The notes below the pieces were generated by a model. It made no database searches and was not told where the DNA came from. It was given only the letters and a program-made list of their open reading frames with translations. The translations under genes and the position numbers were made by a program. A stretch of DNA of 64,000 nt, taken from the NCBI RefSeq assembly GCF_009914755.1, contig NC_060926.1; one strand, 5' to 3'. Positions 12,318-27,015 of this stretch are shown here, one piece after another. The DNA comes from the human T2T-CHM13v2.0 reference genome, Homo sapiens. Numbering within the stretch: the first letter of the stretch is position 1; each line of letters opens with the position of its first letter.

Positions 12318-12629
12318 TTTTTTTTTTTTTTTTTTTTTTTGAGACGGAGTCTCGCTCTGTTGCCCAGGCCAGACTGCGGACTGCAGTGGCGCAATCTCGG
12401 CTCACTGCAAGCTCCGCTTCCCCGGGTTCACGCCATTCTCCTGCCTCAGCCTCCCGAGTAGCTGGGACTACAGGCGCCCGCCACCGCGCCCGGCTAATTT
12501 TTTGTATTTTTAGTAGAGACGGGGTTTCACCTTGTTAGCCAGGATGGTCTCGATCTCCTGACCTCATGATCCGCCCGCCTCGGCCTCCCAAAGTGCTGGG
12601 ATTACAGGCGTGAGCCACCGCGCCCGGCC
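12318..12629 (-). mobile_element. AluYb8-lineage element (human-specific subfamily)
   Basis: Diagnostic 7-bp duplication (GACTGCGGACTGCAG on +), plus GCAATCTC, CACCTTGTTAGCC and GACCTCATGATC; CpGs nearly intact; TSD GTATCTCCACATTTCT at 12302-12317 and 12630-12645. Confidence 0.96.
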
Positions 12630-13795
12630 GTATCTCCACATTTCTTTCTCCATATCTATAATTCAGCACTCCTTCTTGTATGTTATTTTACTTATTTGGG
12701 CCTCTTTTCTCCCACCATCTCAACCACTATACATTGCAAAATCTGACAGGTTGCCAAGATATTAAAAAATACTAATAGACTTCTAACAGAAGGGAATTCT
12801 CTAAATTATTACAGAAAAGAGAAAGAGGGATGACATATGTTTATGATTTCTATCCTTCCTCTCTGATTTTAGAAGTCCTTACGAAAATTTTATTTTCACT
12901 AATTTACTTTGAAAGCAGCCTCTCAAATCAAGGGTTACCAACCCATGGTACTTGCACAAACTCTGTGCAATTTCTAATTTTGGCTCACCTTGATTTCCCA
13001 AGGTGCTACTGTGTGACAGAGTTTGCATTTTCCCTCCTCTCCTTCTATCAGTTTTCCTGGTTTCCCAAGCATCCTTAGCACTGGGATAAACTAAAACTCA
13101 TTTTCTTGTAATTAAATGCATTCAAAATGTAGTTCACCAAGCATAAAAACTCTCCTAATCTTCTGTCAACAAAAGCCCAATAATGCAATCTGTATGAATG
13201 AGTTGTTAAGTTTAAACTCCACAGGTCAGGTGAGTGGGCTTCACAATCAGTTTTAAAATCACTGAAGTAGGAGACATTTTACATACTATTAAAACATAGA
13301 AAATTATTTGTGAAAGTGAAATCATGTAAAAAGTCTGACTTAAGGATAGAAGTCATCATTAATGGCAGTGGGTACTTATGAAGCACCTACTGTGGCTTGG
13401 CACTGAGGTAGAGATGATAGGAAAGCTAAAAATGAACATGCATCCAATTAGCCACATATGCTATGTTCAGTGATGAGATGTGTATGAACACTTCACATTA
13501 TCACAAAGGTGACTATAATCATTCATTTTCATATATGTTAGCTTTATTCCTCAACTTCTGAAAGCCACTTGTGATCCTCTGTGAACACATAACTTTCTTT
13601 TTTACCGAGAAGATGCCAAAAACGATTGATAACATCCCATTCCATAAAGATGCTCCTTCTTAAATGACATGATCAGAGTGATTTAGGGTATTTAAATGAA
13701 TTGGTCCCAACCAAGACAAAATATGGATTTTACCACTTTGATAGAATTAAAAACAAGTTACTCTGGTTCTAGAATACATTTTTTCTATTACTGTG

Positions 13796-14173
13796 TGTAT
13801 TAGTCTGTTCTCACACTACTACAAAGAAGTACCTGAAACTGGGTAATTTGTAAAGAAAATACGTTTAATTGGCTCACCGTTCTGTAGGCTGTACAGGAAG
13901 AATGGCTGGGGAGGTTTCAGAAAACTTTTGATCATGGCAGAAGGGGAAGCAGGCACATCTTACATGGCCAGAGCAGAAGGAAGAGAGCCAAGGGGAGGTG
14001 CTGCACACTTTTAAACAACCAGATCTCATGAGAATCCACTCACTATTATGAGAACAGCAAGGAGCAAATTTGCCCTCCGTGATGTAATCACCTCCTACTA
14101 GGACTCTCCTCCAACATTGGGGATTACAATTCAACATGAGATTTGAGCGGGGACACAAATCCAAACCATATCA
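13796..14173 (-). mobile_element. MSTA solo LTR (ERVL-MaLR)
   Basis: TGTATTAGTC...CCAAACCATATCA termini with 5-bp TSD CTGTG. Confidence 0.9.
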
Positions 14174-14314
14174 CTGTGCATTCTGAGGTTCAATTTAGAG
14201 TTTGATTTATTATTATTTTTTAAAGAGACAACTGCTGCCTTTCAAAGGATCATTTTTTATGTTACAATTTTGGTACAAGAACACAGAGCAGTAGTGTGGA
14301 TAGATGCTACTATA

Positions 14315-14445
14315 CTGGATTATCCTCAAATTAGAGATGAACAGAGGGACAAGGATTTACTTGATAAGCCCAAGTTCATACTGGTACGCCTGGGAATAAA
14401 AGTGAGAGTTTCTAACTTTATGCTCAATGCCCTTTTCAATACAAA
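14315..14445 (-). mobile_element. MIR fragment
   Basis: ATTATCCTCAAATTAGAGATGA...GCCCAAGTTCATAC resembles the antisense MIR core. Confidence 0.5.
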
Positions 14446-14844
14446 AGAGCTCTGGTTACTTTTATCAAAGCAGAACAGCTGAGAATCTAATTATGCGCTA
14501 AAGGTCTCAGACAGATGTGCTCTTTTCTTATATTTTGAAATTAAATCATCTCTGGATTTTATGGCAAAATATCATTATCAAACACTAATATTGTGTATAC
14601 AGTGTACATATTTTGTTTGTTTTGTGGCTACCTTTGTCTCAACAACTTTAGCGAAGTTCTATTTTCACTATATTGGCATTTTCACAAATAATAAGGTTTC
14701 ACAGTTAACTCGTGAACCTGAAGAAAATGACTGGATATAGAACCAAAAAACAATTCAGACAGAATAACAAAATGCTGATTGTTTGATTATGGTGATAAAT
14801 GTATGATAATGATTTTCTATGATCAAGGACAATGCATCTGAAAA

Positions 14845-15060
14845 CTGGCAGTCATAGTTCAGTCTAGTGTTGCTTTTTATTAGGTGTGGCTTGGGCTAAG
14901 TTATTAAACCTTCTTTATGTCTTAGTGTACTACTTTATAAAGTGATGACAAAAGCAATACCTACCTCATAAGCTTGTAGTAGATTAGATGAGCTAATATA
15001 TGTAAAGCACTTAGAATCATGTCAAGCGTATAAATAAGTACTCAATAATAGTTGGATATT
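14845..15060 (+). mobile_element. MIR SINE
   Basis: TTGGGCTAAGTTATTAAACCT...TACCTACCTCATAAG...ATGTAAAGCACTTAGAA...TAAGTACTCAATAA. Confidence 0.8.
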
Positions 15061-17579
15061 TTTATGGCCCTAGTATGAAAGCCCACAGGAATTAATTATA
15101 TTTATTTTTTAAACTACAACTGAGATAGATGTTCTTTTTCCATATTTGTTTTACAAACTGTCCTATGTCTTTTTATCAATATTCTTTTACTCTCAGAATT
15201 TATGAAGATAAAAACAGGCTTACAGAAAATTATGCAGCCCTTTTTCATGAAAGATTGTGAAAAAAATTCTAGAGGAATAACCATTATTTAATGTTAAATG
15301 TCAGAACTTTGAAAATCTAATAAACTCCAAGTTATGGAGAGTAAGGGTGAGTTGTTATAGCTTTACTCTTCAATGTGGGACCTGCAAAAGTGTTTAAAGA
15401 TAAATAACAGATGCAGAACTGTGAAAAGTGGTTGATGAGTTAATCAGATTTTCAAGGAGCTAAGAGGCGCTATACACTGTGACCCATATCTAAGGAAATG
15501 GAGAATTAACCAAAGGGTTTACAATTGGTTCATCATAATCAAACCTTCATTTATCTTCTCTAATTGTCCTTTTCATTCTCCTCCTTTTCATTCTTATGTA
15601 GTCATCTCTCCTTCCCATTCTTTAATCCCCTCTTTTAATTGCATTCCTCATTTTTCATTTTATTCTCTTTAATATTTTTATCTCATCACCTTCCTTCTAT
15701 ATCATTTTGGTATACTCTAATGTCCTAGAGAATAATAAAAGATAGGTATTAGTATTTTTAAATAAGTGTATATTTCTTTTTCTTATTTTTTATAATTTAT
15801 ATACTACTGAGTATATGTCTCTTACAAATGATTCCTTATTTCTATTTGACTCTTGGCTATCTCAAAAGAACCTATAAAACTTTGCCATAAATAACCTCCC
15901 AAAAAGGTAAAGTCTAATTTGCACTTAGGATGAAGGTAATCTTGATTTTACTAGTTTTCTCAGCTTTTCTAATTCCTACTCCCACTTTTATATTAAAGAA
16001 CTGCCATGATGTTCATTTGGCATTTGCTCTTCCCTTGAGAGCCTAGGAGGTAATACTTACAAAGTAAATGATAATTTCCTGTTTCTCTGCTACTGTCTGA
16101 TCCTGTTCCTTGGGGGTCAGTAAAACACACGGTCAAATTGATTTTTTGAGGCCCCCAAATCTAAAGTCTTTGTGATATTTCAGATAATCCTTTGATGCCA
16201 TTGTGGTTTGTGAATGCTAAATGGTATTTTTGATCTATGCCAGTACTGATGCCTAGTCAGAATGTCATTAACTTTCTCCTTTGCTGAAAACTTTCATAGA
16301 AAGCCACATGGAGGTGATACATCGTTTTGGAAATAGTTAATTAGCAGCCTGCTACTCCTTGCAGTTCTCTCCAACAAGGTCATACACATTAACAGACATA
16401 TTTTGTGGCACTAAGTCGCCATAAAATTTAGTTTGAAAATTTTATTTCAGTATGGGTATTGGTCTTTTACTTAGTATGTTCGAAACAAAAAAAAATGTGT
16501 ATAAAGATGTCAAATATTCAGCACATTAATAGAAGAGTAAGGCACATGCTTTAGAAATGTGAAAAATATACCAAAATGGTCTTTCACTCCTTCTACATTA
16601 AAAATACTAACTTCAGGGAAGAAGTCATGTTTTTATAAAAGATGGTTTAAAAAATTAAAATATATGTGATATGGTTTCAAAAATGGCTAAGGCATAATTT
16701 TTAACCCATAAGTAATGGAATTTTAAACATAGATGTGTGTGCTTTATTGAAAAATCAATAAAAATTCTCTCGTGCACTTGTCATTAAGGAGTGTATGAAA
16801 TTGACACAATCAACACAGACAATAACCAGTAGTGATAACAAGCAGTGTTCCATACAATGACATATACAACTATCATTACTGAGAATAATGACAAAAATTA
16901 TGATGATACATAGATTCTCAAGAGTCTGAGGAATTTAATGTTTTGCCACATACCAGATATCTTACTCTAGTTCTCTTTAATTATCTTAAAACAATCTAAC
17001 ATTTCTCAAATTTTGGTTAGCTTTTTATTATGCTTGTTGACACAAAAGAGGTACATGAAATGAATTCACGAACACACCTATCAGAGGAAATTATGCTCAC
17101 ATGATGGGAAAAAATATGATGAACACAAATGAGTGACGAAATGGGGATTATTACCAACATTCTTGGTGCTGAGACTTTATCATTTTAACAATCAGTTGCT
17201 GGTGCCAAGTGAAATAGGTTAGACACAAAAGGAAAATTAGGAAATTGCTCATGTCTTCAATATTCTCAGCATCTATTTGGAGGAAAAATATAGAAATGAG
17301 ACTACTTCTAAATTGCATGATTTATTAGAGGCAAAATTGGATTACAGAAAAGTGGCGGTATGACTAGGGTAAGGTAGATGAAAAGATTAATATGAGTGGT
17401 GAAACTTTCTAAGCAATAGTAATGTATTGCTAGGTTTCACCTAGATAGAGAAGTAGAATGATTCCATATTAGGGGAAAAGAATGCTAGAGGCAATAAGAA
17501 AAAGTGAGAATAACTGTCGTACATTCTGGGTATGTTAAAAGAAGTTCCAGTTTTATCCAAGGGAGATTTCGATACATAG

Positions 17580-17720
17580 AAGAGAAAGGATGAAATTTGG
17601 AATTCAAAAGGCCTCATTTGAATTTTTTTTTCTGCTTCTTACCACCTGTATGACTTGAGCAAGTTAACTGATATCATTTAGTCTTAATTTTTCTCATCTG
17701 CAAATTAGAAGAACTAATAA
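17580..17720 (+). mobile_element. MIR SINE
   Basis: CTGTATGACTTGAGCAAGTTAAC...TTCTCATCTGCAAA core. Confidence 0.7.
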
Positions 17721-17729
17721 ATAATTTAA

Positions 17730-19810
17730 AAGTATTTATAGGGAATATATGAGGTAACAAATATAAAAATCCATAACAATATCTGAAAATATGATAGGAA
17801 ATTCATAAATTTTTCTAATGATCCAAACTTGAATGAGTGGACAAAAATGTTAAAAACTGTGCTTATGTTGTGGTTATAGATTGGGAGATTCAACGCAGTA
17901 AAAATGTCAGTGGTCCTCAAATAAATATAAAGTTTTAACATAATTTTCATCACATTCCCAGTAAGCAGAAATAGATTATTCTAAAATGTATATAGAAAGG
18001 CAAAGAGGCTAAAATAGCTCAAATAATTGTAAAAGAGAAGAAGAAAGTCAGAGAAACCAGTGTAACCAATTTCAAGCTTTATCATATACTACAGTAATCA
18101 AGGCTGTGGTAGTGCAAGAGGGACAGACACATAGATCTATTGGAATAAAATAGGCATTGTGGAAATCAGCCCAAAAAAATTTATCACAGAAATATGCCCA
18201 ACATATTTTTGACAAAGGTTCAAAAGCAATACAGGAGTGGAAGAATAGCATTTTCAACAAAACAGTACTAGAGCAATTCACCATCAATAGGTAGAAAACT
18301 TAAACTTTTTAAATTTAAAACTTATATTAAGTGTTATGTGTTATACAAAAAATAACTTAAAATGGATCAATGACTGCTGAGGTTTAAATGTGTCCTCCAA
18401 AGTTCATGTGTTGGAACTTACTCCCCAGTGCAACAGTGTTAGGAGGTAGCTCCCAATGGGAGGAACTTTGAGCCAAGTAAACCTCTATTGTTTGTAAATT
18501 GCCCAATTTCAGTTATTTTGTTACAGCAACACAAAATGAACTAAGACAATGACTTGAATATAAGATATAAATTCATGAAAAATTTAGAAATTATATAGGA
18601 GAAAATCTTCAGAGTTTGGGATAAATAAGAAGTTAGAATTTATACCAAAAGCATGACAGGAAACATTGATAAATTGAAGTTCATCAAAATTTAAAACTTT
18701 AGCTCACCAACTACCTGGTTAAGAGATAAAAAGACAAACTATAGATTGAGCCAAATATTTGCAAACCACATATCCAACAGAGGACTTTTACCTAGAATAC
18801 CTAAAGGATTCTCAAAACTCAACAGTAACACGAAACAAAACAACAACAAAAAAATTCAATAAGAAAACTTCCAAAAGACTTACACAGATATTTCACAGAA
18901 GTGGATACACAGATTTGTATAAGGAGCAAATTAATACATGAAAAGATATTCAACGCCATTAGCCAAAAGAGAAATTAAAATTAAAACCACAAGAAATTAC
19001 TACATATCTATTGTAAAGGCTAAACTTTTTTAAAAGTCACAATGCCAAATTCTTGCAAATATATGAAGAAACTATAATAGATCAGTCATAATTTGCTAGT
19101 GGGAATATAGCATTGCAGCTATTTTGAAAAATAGTTTTCCAATGTGAAAACAAAAACAAAAACAAAAAACACTAAACATGCAGCTAACATGCAACCAAGC
19201 AATTACACCACTGGGCATTTATCGTAGACAAAAAGTTACGATCACACAAGAACTTATACATGGAAATTTATGGAAGTTTTATTCATAATACTCCCCAAAT
19301 GGAAACAACTCAGATGTCCTTCAAAGGATAAATGGTCAAAAACAAGCAAGCAAATAAACAAAGGAAAATAACTTAGGTACATCTATATAGTGGAACACTA
19401 TGCAACAAAGAAAAGAAGCAAACTATTGATATTTGTACCAATGTAGGTGAGTTTCTAAACAATAATGCTGAGTGAAAAAACAAATCCAAAAAGGCTACAT
19501 AATGTATTATTGCGTTTACATAACATTCTTGAAGTTACAAATCATAGAAATAGAGAATGGATTAAGTGATTTCCTGGAGTTAAGTACTGGGAATTAAGGG
19601 TTGAGGGGTACGTGGTATGGTGAAAATAAGTTCAGTGTGGCTATAATAGGTCAACAGTCAGAATGCTCCTGGTGATAGAATGTTTTGTATATTGACTGTG
19701 TCAATATTAATATCGTGATTGTGATATTATAAGCAGAATCTTACCGTATAATTGTTTATAACTGCGTGTGAATCTACAACTGTGTTAAAATTTGGAAGTT
19801 TAATTTGATT
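17730..19810 (+). mobile_element. L1MC1/L1MC2-type 3' ORF2 + 3'UTR
   Basis: Decayed ORF2 (TACAGTAATCAAG, TTTTGACAAAGGT, TTTGCAAACCACATATC); L1MC1-type 3' end AACTGCGTGTGAATCTACAA. Confidence 0.8.
18375..18548 (+). mobile_element. Internally deleted MST (MSTC/D-like) solo LTR inside L1MC
   Basis: TGCTGAGGTTTAAATGTGTCC...AACTAAGACA with 5-bp TSD ATGAC; only 174 bp. Confidence 0.8.
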
Positions 19811-20174
19811 ACAAATATATTACAAGAATTATTTAATTTGTTGTTTTCTATTTCATCTAAAAGTTTGGCCATTTCAGTTTGCAGAGAGCTCTAATCCAAA
19901 AGTTTACTCAGTTATCCAGTTCCTTTTCATTTTTTGTTGTCTCATACCTGATCTTTAATTCCTTTTCATATTCCTTCTCTGCATAGCAAAAGCTTGATTG
20001 CTGCAATATTCACATTCAAACACTGACAACAAGGAAGTAAGAAAGATAAAGTAAAAAATTTCTGCTTAAGCAAGTGTGGTAGATTTTCTTATTTAATGAT
20101 GATTATTTGTTACCTCTTGTCTCTTATATCTTTCCATGTTTCCCTGTAGGTGTTGTGTATTCTTCAGCCACTTT

Positions 20175-20420
20175 TACTTTAGATTTAGCCCTGTGCCTTT
20201 CTTTGGTCAATGTAATGTAGCCTCAGCTTGCATTCATTCCTTACCTCATATTCCATCCATCCACTTGAGAATTGCATGTCCCAGATAGTGTCAGCTCCTC
20301 TAGACTTGGTTCCTATAATGAGAAGACAAAAGGTGGTCCTCTTTAGCTGATCCATAGCTCTTTTGAGATATGATCAGAAATAAATGAATCATGAGATATC
20401 CAGACAGTTTGTTACCATGA
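20175..20420 (+). mobile_element. Old MLT1 LTR fragment
   Basis: TTCTTTGGTCAATGTAATGT...GCATGTCCCAGATAG...TTGGTTCCTATAATGAGAAGAC. Confidence 0.45.
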
Positions 20421-22774
20421 ACAAATTGTGTTGTTTCTTGGATGAGTGACACAAGTAAGATGGAAGTTGCTTGCCTATTTCCACTGAGGATGAAACTAAG
20501 ATACAAGAGGGGCTGAGAAATAAGTTTTGGAAAAGAATTTGCATACTCAGGAGTAACTAAATCTGGTGGAAAATAAGGTGTCTTCTAGTAACCAATAGTC
20601 ATACTGTACTTTTGCTCCACTAATCCATCTCCAAACTATATAAGGGACCTTATTTTTTTTAAGTATGTTCTAGAAGTGCTATTATTCCTGTAGCCAAATT
20701 CTTTTAAATGTTCATAGTAGCAGGCAGAATTCAAAATTAGGGCAGATAAAAGAAAAATGATGAAATTATGTGAATTATTGAATAATTATATGAATAATGT
20801 TAGAACAAGCTCTTATAAAAAAAATGAAGAACTGCATGTATGAGAAATGCAAAAACACTCTTAAAGCTCGTATTTACAATAGTGATTTGAGAAATAATTT
20901 ATTTATATTTATTCTAACAGCCAACAAGTAAAATGCTCTGCCATGTATCTACTTAACAGAAAAAGCTTTTCAGTTGTTGACAAAGAATGTAAATTAGCCA
21001 AGTTAACTCAGGCTTTTAGAAAGCTCAACTAAAATCTCAGAAGTCAAATTTTGTTTAAACTTTAAACTGTCAGAATATATGAAATCTCTTCCCTTTCTCT
21101 GAGAGGTGATGCTGCTTATATTAGATGAAAATGCAAAAAGAAGTAGATGTTGCCAAGTGTTATAGGCATAAGAGTGCAAGAACACAAATGCTAGAAACAA
21201 TATCACAGCTCATTTTTTTGATAGAATATAAGTGCAAAATTGTTAGCAGGTTATTCTTCAATTTAAGGCAACAAAATCAAATATATATAAGGCTTTTCAA
21301 TCACTCCTGAAATAAATATAATTTTAAAGCTTGCAACATTTAGTCTTTTAAGAAAAGAAACAAGTTTTTTAAAATCTTAGTGAAAGAGGTACTCTTAAAA
21401 GTGGATAAACAGTAGGTAAATAAAAATGCTTTTGCTTTCTGTCTGCAGCTACAACTCCACACTGAAAACAGTCTTAAAAAAGGCATAATGAGAAACATTC
21501 TTAAAGAATATGAAAAATACACACACATGCACGTAACATACACACACACAAGTGAAATACTCTGCTGTCATCTACTTATCAGAGATACAGTTTATACTAG
21601 CTTAAGATAAATAGATTTGTATGGTCTTTCATTAATTTAGATTTTAAACTAAGTTGGTGCTGCGCCCATCCTAAAAGAGGAAAAACAAATATTGGTATAT
21701 TGAATTAAAACAATATAATTGCAATGAGAAATAAAAAATATAAATACAACAGGATGGTTTACTTACATAATTGGCCGAATATAGTGAATTTAAACACAGA
21801 AATGTACTAATAGAAAATCTTAGGAAATCTTTTCTTTTTAAAGACGAATTTTAGAGATTATTATATTATTTACACATCAATTTTAAGCATAAAGACAAAA
21901 ATAGAAAATCAACCTTTAAAATGTCATAACAGCAACTCCCAAGAAGAGATCAATAATAGATTTAGTGAAATACTCCCTCAAATGTGTTACAGTTGTTAAA
22001 ACTAATTGAAGATTAAAATTTAGCTCCAGCATTCAGTCAAATGTAGAACATTTTAACTAAAGATAATAGAATATTATACATCTAGTCTTGGATCTGACTC
22101 TGTCATTTCTGAGTATATGATAAAAGTGATGAGCAAATGCCAGTGAAACATCATGTTTATGAAAAGTTTTTAAAGAGCAATAAATCGATGTTTACAATGT
22201 TATGGTCATTATAGAGTGCTGATATGTAATAAATTTTATATTTCAAAATCTTGCTGGAAATGTTAAATAAGAATAGTTTTGTATCGCATTGCTTGGCAGA
22301 AATCCCATTCAAGACAGCATATGTTAGGACTCTGCCATGACTCAGCATTCATATGTTACTTCTTAAATCATATAAAAAATAAGATGAGAGTTGTGAGATA
22401 AATCATCTTGTTTTCTGTTTATTCCTCATTTTTATGTGAAAAATAATCAAATACTTGTTGAGGAAACATGCACAACTTTACACTAAAATTTTATATAGCA
22501 TATAAAAATGACTGAAATTTTTTCCTAGCCTTTAGTTACTTTATGTATAATAGAAGGCATAAAGACGAACAACACATATGAAATAAAATCTATAAAAAAA
22601 AAAACAAGCATCTCCCTGATGAAGTCAAGGACTATACCTTTTTAATCTTTGTTTTCTTGGTACACAATATAAGACATTTATTCGATATATGTTTGTTAAA
22701 TAAACTAATGAAAATGATGCTTGGATGTAGACTTTCGATTTCTCAATTATTGGTTGAGGGACTATCTACACATA

Positions 22775-23092
22775 GTAGCTGAAATATTTCTGCAAATAAT
22801 CTTTACTACTTCTCCAATTTTTTTATTCAATTGTTTGTATCATTGTGAACTTATATTTTTTTCTTATGTACATTGGGTTATAATCTATGACTGTCCTGTT
22901 AATTTTGTTTGTTCAAATTTTTCCAGACTAGCCGTTGTGAGTTCTTCCAAATTGATTCTTATATGCCTTTAACATTCCCCTATCTTATCTTTCTGTTTTT
23001 TAAAGCACATCTTTATTTGCTTCAGGCCCATCTTATATTTTCCTTTTTCCAGCCGTGGAATCAGCCATTTATCCAAGAACCCCTTGGTTCCT
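22775..23092 (-). mobile_element. L1MC4/L1MD-like 3'UTR fragment
   Basis: CAGGCCCATCTTATATTTTCC...TGGAATCAGCCATTTATCCAAGAACCCCTTGGTTCCTT. Confidence 0.6.
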
Positions 23093-23099
23093 TGTAGTA

Positions 23100-24250
<1,151 letters not shown>

Positions 24251-24379
24251 AAATAAGTTAGCTGTAGCTGCGCAATAATAAAATTATGTTACTATCTTAA
24301 GAAAATGTACTCTGGATATCACTTTACTTACATACCTAAAATTTAGTCTTTCAAATATCTTTTGGAAAGAGGAAGAGAG

Positions 24380-25808
24380 AACTTTTTTAAGCTGTCACAT
24401 TCTATTTATCTGCTATTCTTTATAGTCAAACTTCTCAAAAGATGTGTATTCATACACTTTTCACTCCACTTTTTTCTCTTATTCACATTTTAATCTACTG
24501 CCATTTGGCTACACTTCAATGAAATTCCACTTATCAGTGTTACCAAAACCCAAATGTTTAGGGACAATTCCAATGGACTCAAACTCTCATCTGTATTCAA
24601 CTGTCAGTTGCCCCTTATGTCTTGAAACATTCTCTGTCTTTGTTTCCATGACACTGTAGAATCCTGATTTTTCCCCACCTGTTGGCTGATCTTTACAATT
24701 GTCTTCCAAAGATCCATATTCACCGTCTAAGTGCTGAAGTGCTTAAGGACTCAGTACAAGGCCCTCTTCTCATCATGTATTTCACCTTTGGTCATTTCAA
24801 ATTAGAATCTCTGACATAGACCCCTCCTAGCTTCAAATCCAAATATCAAGTTATCTCCTTAATATTCTTGACATGGATATAACATTCTCAAAATTAACAG
24901 TTACACAACTTAATTCTTTATTCTCTTCTCACCCTTTTCCTCACCATCCCTCTTTTCTATCACTGTATTAATTTATCCCATGCACTTCCATCTAAGCAAA
25001 AGCAACACCATATACTTTAGTAATCAAGCCCCATCCTGACTTTCACCATTTCCTGGTGCCTCATAATCAGACTATCAACAAATTTATTTTTATATCATTA
25101 TAAAATATATCCCAAATCCCTTTAGTTTTCACCCTTTCACTGCTACAAGCAAAGTACAAACAAGCTATTGAAACAATAGATTCATAATCAGTTTTTCTGC
25201 TTCTACTCTTGCTCTGTTTCATTTCATTCCCCAGAAAGTGGCCAAATTAATATTTAAAACACATAAATGAAATTAATGTCATCTACTATCTTACTTATCA
25301 CTTACAATAAAATTAAAACTTCTTACAGACCTATGATGCACGGCATAAGCTGCCTTTGCCTTTCTCTGCAATCTCATCTCATCTCACAGCCTACCTTGTT
25401 CAGTACACTTCAGTCACACTGGCTTTTTCTCAGTTCACGTGCTATTCTCAGGTTTTCCCTTCTTCAAGTATGTTGCTTTGTTTGAAATATAAACCCTGCT
25501 ACTGTTTACAGAGGTTTCTCTGTCTCAGCCTTCCATTTTCAGCTTATGTTCCATCTTTAGAGAAAAAAACTCTGAATTTTTCCTTTCTTTTATGCCATGC
25601 TGCTTATTTCCTTCAGACCACATCATACAATAAATAAAACTTTATTTGTGTCTTTACTTATATATTGTCAACCGGTCTTTCTAGACTGTAGGCTGCATGA
25701 GAGCATGTAATGTATGTATGTATATGTATCTTGTTTCCCACCATGTAGTAATCATCTAACATGGGGCATGGTCATATTAGCTACTCAGTAAAGATTTGTT
25801 CATTGAAA
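24380..25808 (+). mobile_element. L2a ORF2/3' region
   Basis: AAACTTCTCAAAAGA, CTTGAAACATTCTCT and CTAGACTGTAGGCTGCATGAGAGCA; terminal TACTCAGTAAAGATTTGTTCATTGAA. Confidence 0.75.
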
Positions 25809-26920
25809 AGTTTTGCATAAATTTAAAGAAAAAATGTTTCTAGACAGTACTATATATATTTTCATTGTAACCATTAGGAGTATTGGAACCATTTTTTCCA
25901 AATATAATAGTGGTATTGTATATTATGACCCAAATTCATTTTTCTAAAGTAAAATGTAATTTTCTGTTCTACCTTTTATAAACTCAATGAATGATTTTTA
26001 TATTATATTCAGTGGATTATTTAAAGTCTCCAAAATCCCATGAGAATGCAGATGGGAAATATATAAGTAAGAAAGAATAGAGGGATTGTATAAGAAAGAA
26101 AAGAAAGACAAAATGAAGAAGGAAGTAGAGAAGAAGGCAAAAGGAAAGACAAGGAAAAGATGCTACTTAACTATAGAGGGTTAAAATGTGAACATTTTTA
26201 AAATTCGAATAAAAAACATGGTTATCTAATATACATGTTCTCTAGTGCCAGTTGGATTTGCTCAACATTTTCCCAAAATAACCAAAGGAAAGTTTAAAGG
26301 TAATATAAACTTTAAAAATAATGGCTCTATTTTTGGAAAGGGCAAAGACAAAGAACTGTTAATGTTGCCACAGTATTGAGATTCTTTGGACATGTACCAA
26401 TATTTTTAGGCTACTTGACAAGAAAAGCTACTTATATGCATATAATTATGCAAATTTCATGTGAAAGACCTGAAAATATGACCCCTTGTAAAAGTGCACA
26501 TTTTTAGACCAATGGACCTGTGATCAAAACCATCATTATACAAGCTATAATCACATTTCTTTTGCAGCGGATGCAAATTATCCTTAAAGGTTCTTGGCAA
26601 TGCATTTATTTGGAATAGGGACAAACTCAGACTTTCAAACACAGGTTTTTCTCTTGTGCATTCCCCTCAGTTCCCCATCATTTGTCTGCCATTTTCTCTT
26701 ATAAATAGATCAGGAAAGACTTCCAAATCTTATTTTTTTAAAAATATGTGTAAGAATCCTTGTCTACATTTGTCTGGAGATAACCATGATTCCCCTGCTT
26801 CGCTGCCCAAGAACAGCAGCTTTTGTTTTTTCAGAAGAAAAAATCATTTTTGAAATCTTTTTTTTTAAGATAATAATCTGAAATAATGTTACAGGCCTCT
26901 TCACAAATGTTGGCCAGGCT

Positions 26921-27015
26921 ATATTATTATAAAATGATTATTCATCTCTTTAGTGTAATGAAGTATAATAGTATACTTAGAGCATATTATTATAAAATGA
27001 TTATACATCTCTTTA
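26921..27015 (+). repeat. Spaced 32-bp direct duplication (31/32 identical)
   Basis: ATATTATTATAAAATGATTAT(T/A)CATCTCTTTA at 26921-26952 and 26984-27015. Confidence 0.9.

Noticed and set aside
12167-12538. 123-aa ORF and similar ORFs at 23554, 29096, 33745, 36071 and 53084
   Set aside because: These are standard Alu-derived translations ([26 protein letters not shown]).
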